64,000 bases of DNA, taken from NCBI RefSeq assembly GCF_009914755.1, contig NC_060932.1; one strand, written 5' to 3'. Below, piece by piece: positions 61,735-64,000 of the stretch. A program made the position numbers and the translations under genes. The notes beneath the pieces are model-generated. The model searched no databases. It was not told the DNA's origin and was given only the letters and a program-made list of their open reading frames with translations. The stretch's first letter is position 1, and every line of letters begins with the position of its first letter. Source of the DNA: the human T2T-CHM13v2.0 reference genome, Homo sapiens.

Positions 61735-64000
61735 TTTTGTTTGTTTATTTGTTTGTTTTGTATTGATTTTTGGATTTATTGTACTTTAAGTTCTGGGATA
61801 CATGTGCACAATGTGCAGGTTTGTTAAATAGTATACATGTGGCATAGTGGTTTGCTGCACCCATCAGCCCATCATCTATATTAGGTATTTCTCCTAATGC
61901 TATCCCTCCCATAGCACCCCACCCCCCAACAGGCCATGGTGTACGGTGTTCCCCTGCCTGTGTCCATGTGTTCTCATTGTTCACTTCCCACTTATGAGTG
62001 AGGACATGCGGTGTTTGGTTTTCTCTTCCTGTGTTAGTTTGCTGAGAATGATGATTTCCAGCTTCATCCATGTCCCTGCAAAGGACATGAACTCAACCTA
62101 TTTATGGCTGCATAGTATTCTCTGGTGTATATGTGCCACATTTTCTTTATCCAGTCTATCATTGATGGGCATTTGGGTTGGTTCCAAGTCTTTGCTATTG
62201 TGAATAGTGCCACAATAAACATGCATGTGCATGTGTCTTTATAGTAGGGTGATATATAGTCCTTTGGGTATATACCCAGTGAGGGGATTGCTGGGTCAAA
62301 TGGTATTTCTAGTTCTAGATCCCTGAGGAATCACCACACTGTCTTCCACAATGGTTGAACTAATTTACACTCCCACCAACAGTGTAAAAGTGTTCCTAGT
62401 TCTCTACATTCTCTCCAGCATTTGTTGTTTCCTGACTTTTTAATGATAGCCACTCTAACTGGCCTGAGATGGTATCTCATTGTGGTTTTGATTTGCATTT
62501 CTCTAATGACCAGTGATGATGAGCTTTTTTCATATGTTTGTTGGCCACATAAACGTCTTCTTTTGAGAAGTGTCTGTTCATATCCTTTGCCCACTTTTTG
62601 ATGGGGTTGTTTGTTTTTCTTGTAAATTTCTTTAAGTTCTTTGTAGATTCTGGATATTAGCCCCTTGTCAGATGAATAGATTACAAAAATTTTCTCCCAT
62701 TCTGTAGGTTGCCTGTTCACTCTGATGATGGCTTCTTTTGCTGTGCAGAAGCTCTTTAGTTTAATCAGATTCAATTTGTCAATTTTGGCTTTTGTTGTCA
62801 TTGCTTTTGGTGTTTTAGTCATGAAGTCTTGGCCCATGCCTATGTCTAGAATGGTATTACCTAGGTTTTCTTCTAGGGTTTTTATGGCTTTAGGTCTTAT
62901 GTTTAAGTATTTAAACCATCTTGAGTTAATTTTTGTATAAGGTGTAAGGAAGAGGTCCAGTTTCAGCTTTCTGCATATGGCTAGCCAGTTTTCCCAACAC
63001 CATTTATTCAATAGGGAATCCTTTCCCCATTGCTTCTTTTTGCCAGGTTTGTCAAAGATCAGATGGTTGTAGATGTGTGGCATTATTTCTAAGGCCTCTG
63101 TTCTGTTCCATTGGTCTATAAGTCTGTTTTGCTACCAATACCATGCTCTTTTGGCTAACTGTAGACTTGTAGTATAGTTTGAAATCAGGTAGCATGATGC
63201 CTCCAGCTTCACTCTTTTTGCTTAGGATTGTCTTGGCTATATGGGCTCTTTTTTGGTTCCATATGAAATTTAAAGTTGTTTTTTCTAATTCTGTGAAGAA
63301 AGTCACTGGTAGCTTGATTGGGATAGCATTGAATCTATAAATTACTTTGAGTAGTATGTCCATTTTCACAATATTGATTCTTCTTATTCATGAGCATGGA
63401 ATGTTTTTCCATTTGTTTGCGTCCTCTCTTATTTCCTTGAGCAGTGGTTTGTAGTTCTCCTTGAAGAGGTCCTTCACATCCTTTGTCAGTTTTATCCCTA
63501 GGTATTTTATTCTCTTTGTAGCAGTTGTGAAAGGGAGTTCACTCGTGATTTGACTGTTTGTCTATTATTGCTGTATAGGAATGCTTGTGATTTTTGCACA
63601 TTGATTTTGTATTCTGAGACTTTGCTGAAGTTGCTTATCAGCTTAAGGAGAATTTGGACTGAGACGATGGGGTTTTCTAAATATACAATCATGTCATCTG
63701 CAAACAAAGACAATATGACTTCCTCTCTTCCTATTTGAATACCCTATTTGAATTCTTTCCTTTGCCTGATTGCCCTGGCCAGAACTTACAATACTATGTT
63801 GAATAGGAGTGGTGAGAGAGGGCATCCTTGTCTTGTGCTGATTTTCAAAGGAAATGCTTCCAGCCTTTGTGCATTCAGTATGATACTGGCTGTGGGTTTG
63901 TCATAAATAGCTCTTATTTTGAGATACGTTCCATCAATATCTAGTTTATTGAGAGTTTTTAGCATGAAGGCGTGTTGAATTTTATCAAAGGCCTGTTCTC
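61735..64000 (-). mobile_element. L1PA7-like LINE-1 3' portion (continues beyond the window)
   Basis: Antisense L1PA7-type 3'UTR. ORFs 62331-63083, 63052-63369 and 63507-63713 are frameshifted ORF2 pieces ([14 protein letters not shown]; [17 protein letters not shown]). Confidence 0.95.

Noticed and set aside
62331-63083. Longest ORF (250 aa) as a host gene
   Set aside because: It is an L1 ORF2 C-terminal fragment with frameshifts, inside an L1PA7-like element.

Overview
This is primate (very likely human or great-ape) nuclear DNA, intergenic or deep intronic, and dominated by transposable elements. I cannot support any intact protein-coding gene, RNA gene or CRISPR array. Most long ORFs are L1, Alu, SVA, LTR or mariner remnants. 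Main features: (1) a nested TE stack at 1-16930 containing a Charlie1 end, L1MA/L1ME pieces, a 5.6 kb L1PA7-like element with an exact 15-bp TSD, a MER61 solo LTR and a full-length HSMAR2 mariner inside an MLT2 LTR; (2) a more GC-rich, partly unique middle (17-38 kb) with two inverted MER21 LTRs, L2/MIR and several solo LTRs; (3) old minus-strand L1 and Alu sequence at 39-47 kb; (4) a 5'-truncated SVA with a 17-bp TSD inside an L1PA at 57.3-58.2 kb; (5) a unique AT-rich 59.1-61.7 kb block with candidate minus-strand exons; (6) a second, antisense L1PA7-like element running off the end. About 22 Alu/FLAM copies are present. I found no convincing novel biological system. The best leads are hypotheses: an LTR-initiated spliced transcript, a two-exon minus-strand transcript, a TATA/G4 promoter, an unusual 49-bp duplication and a CCAATAAA cluster. 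Subfamily names come from recalled consensus sequences, not from a database search.
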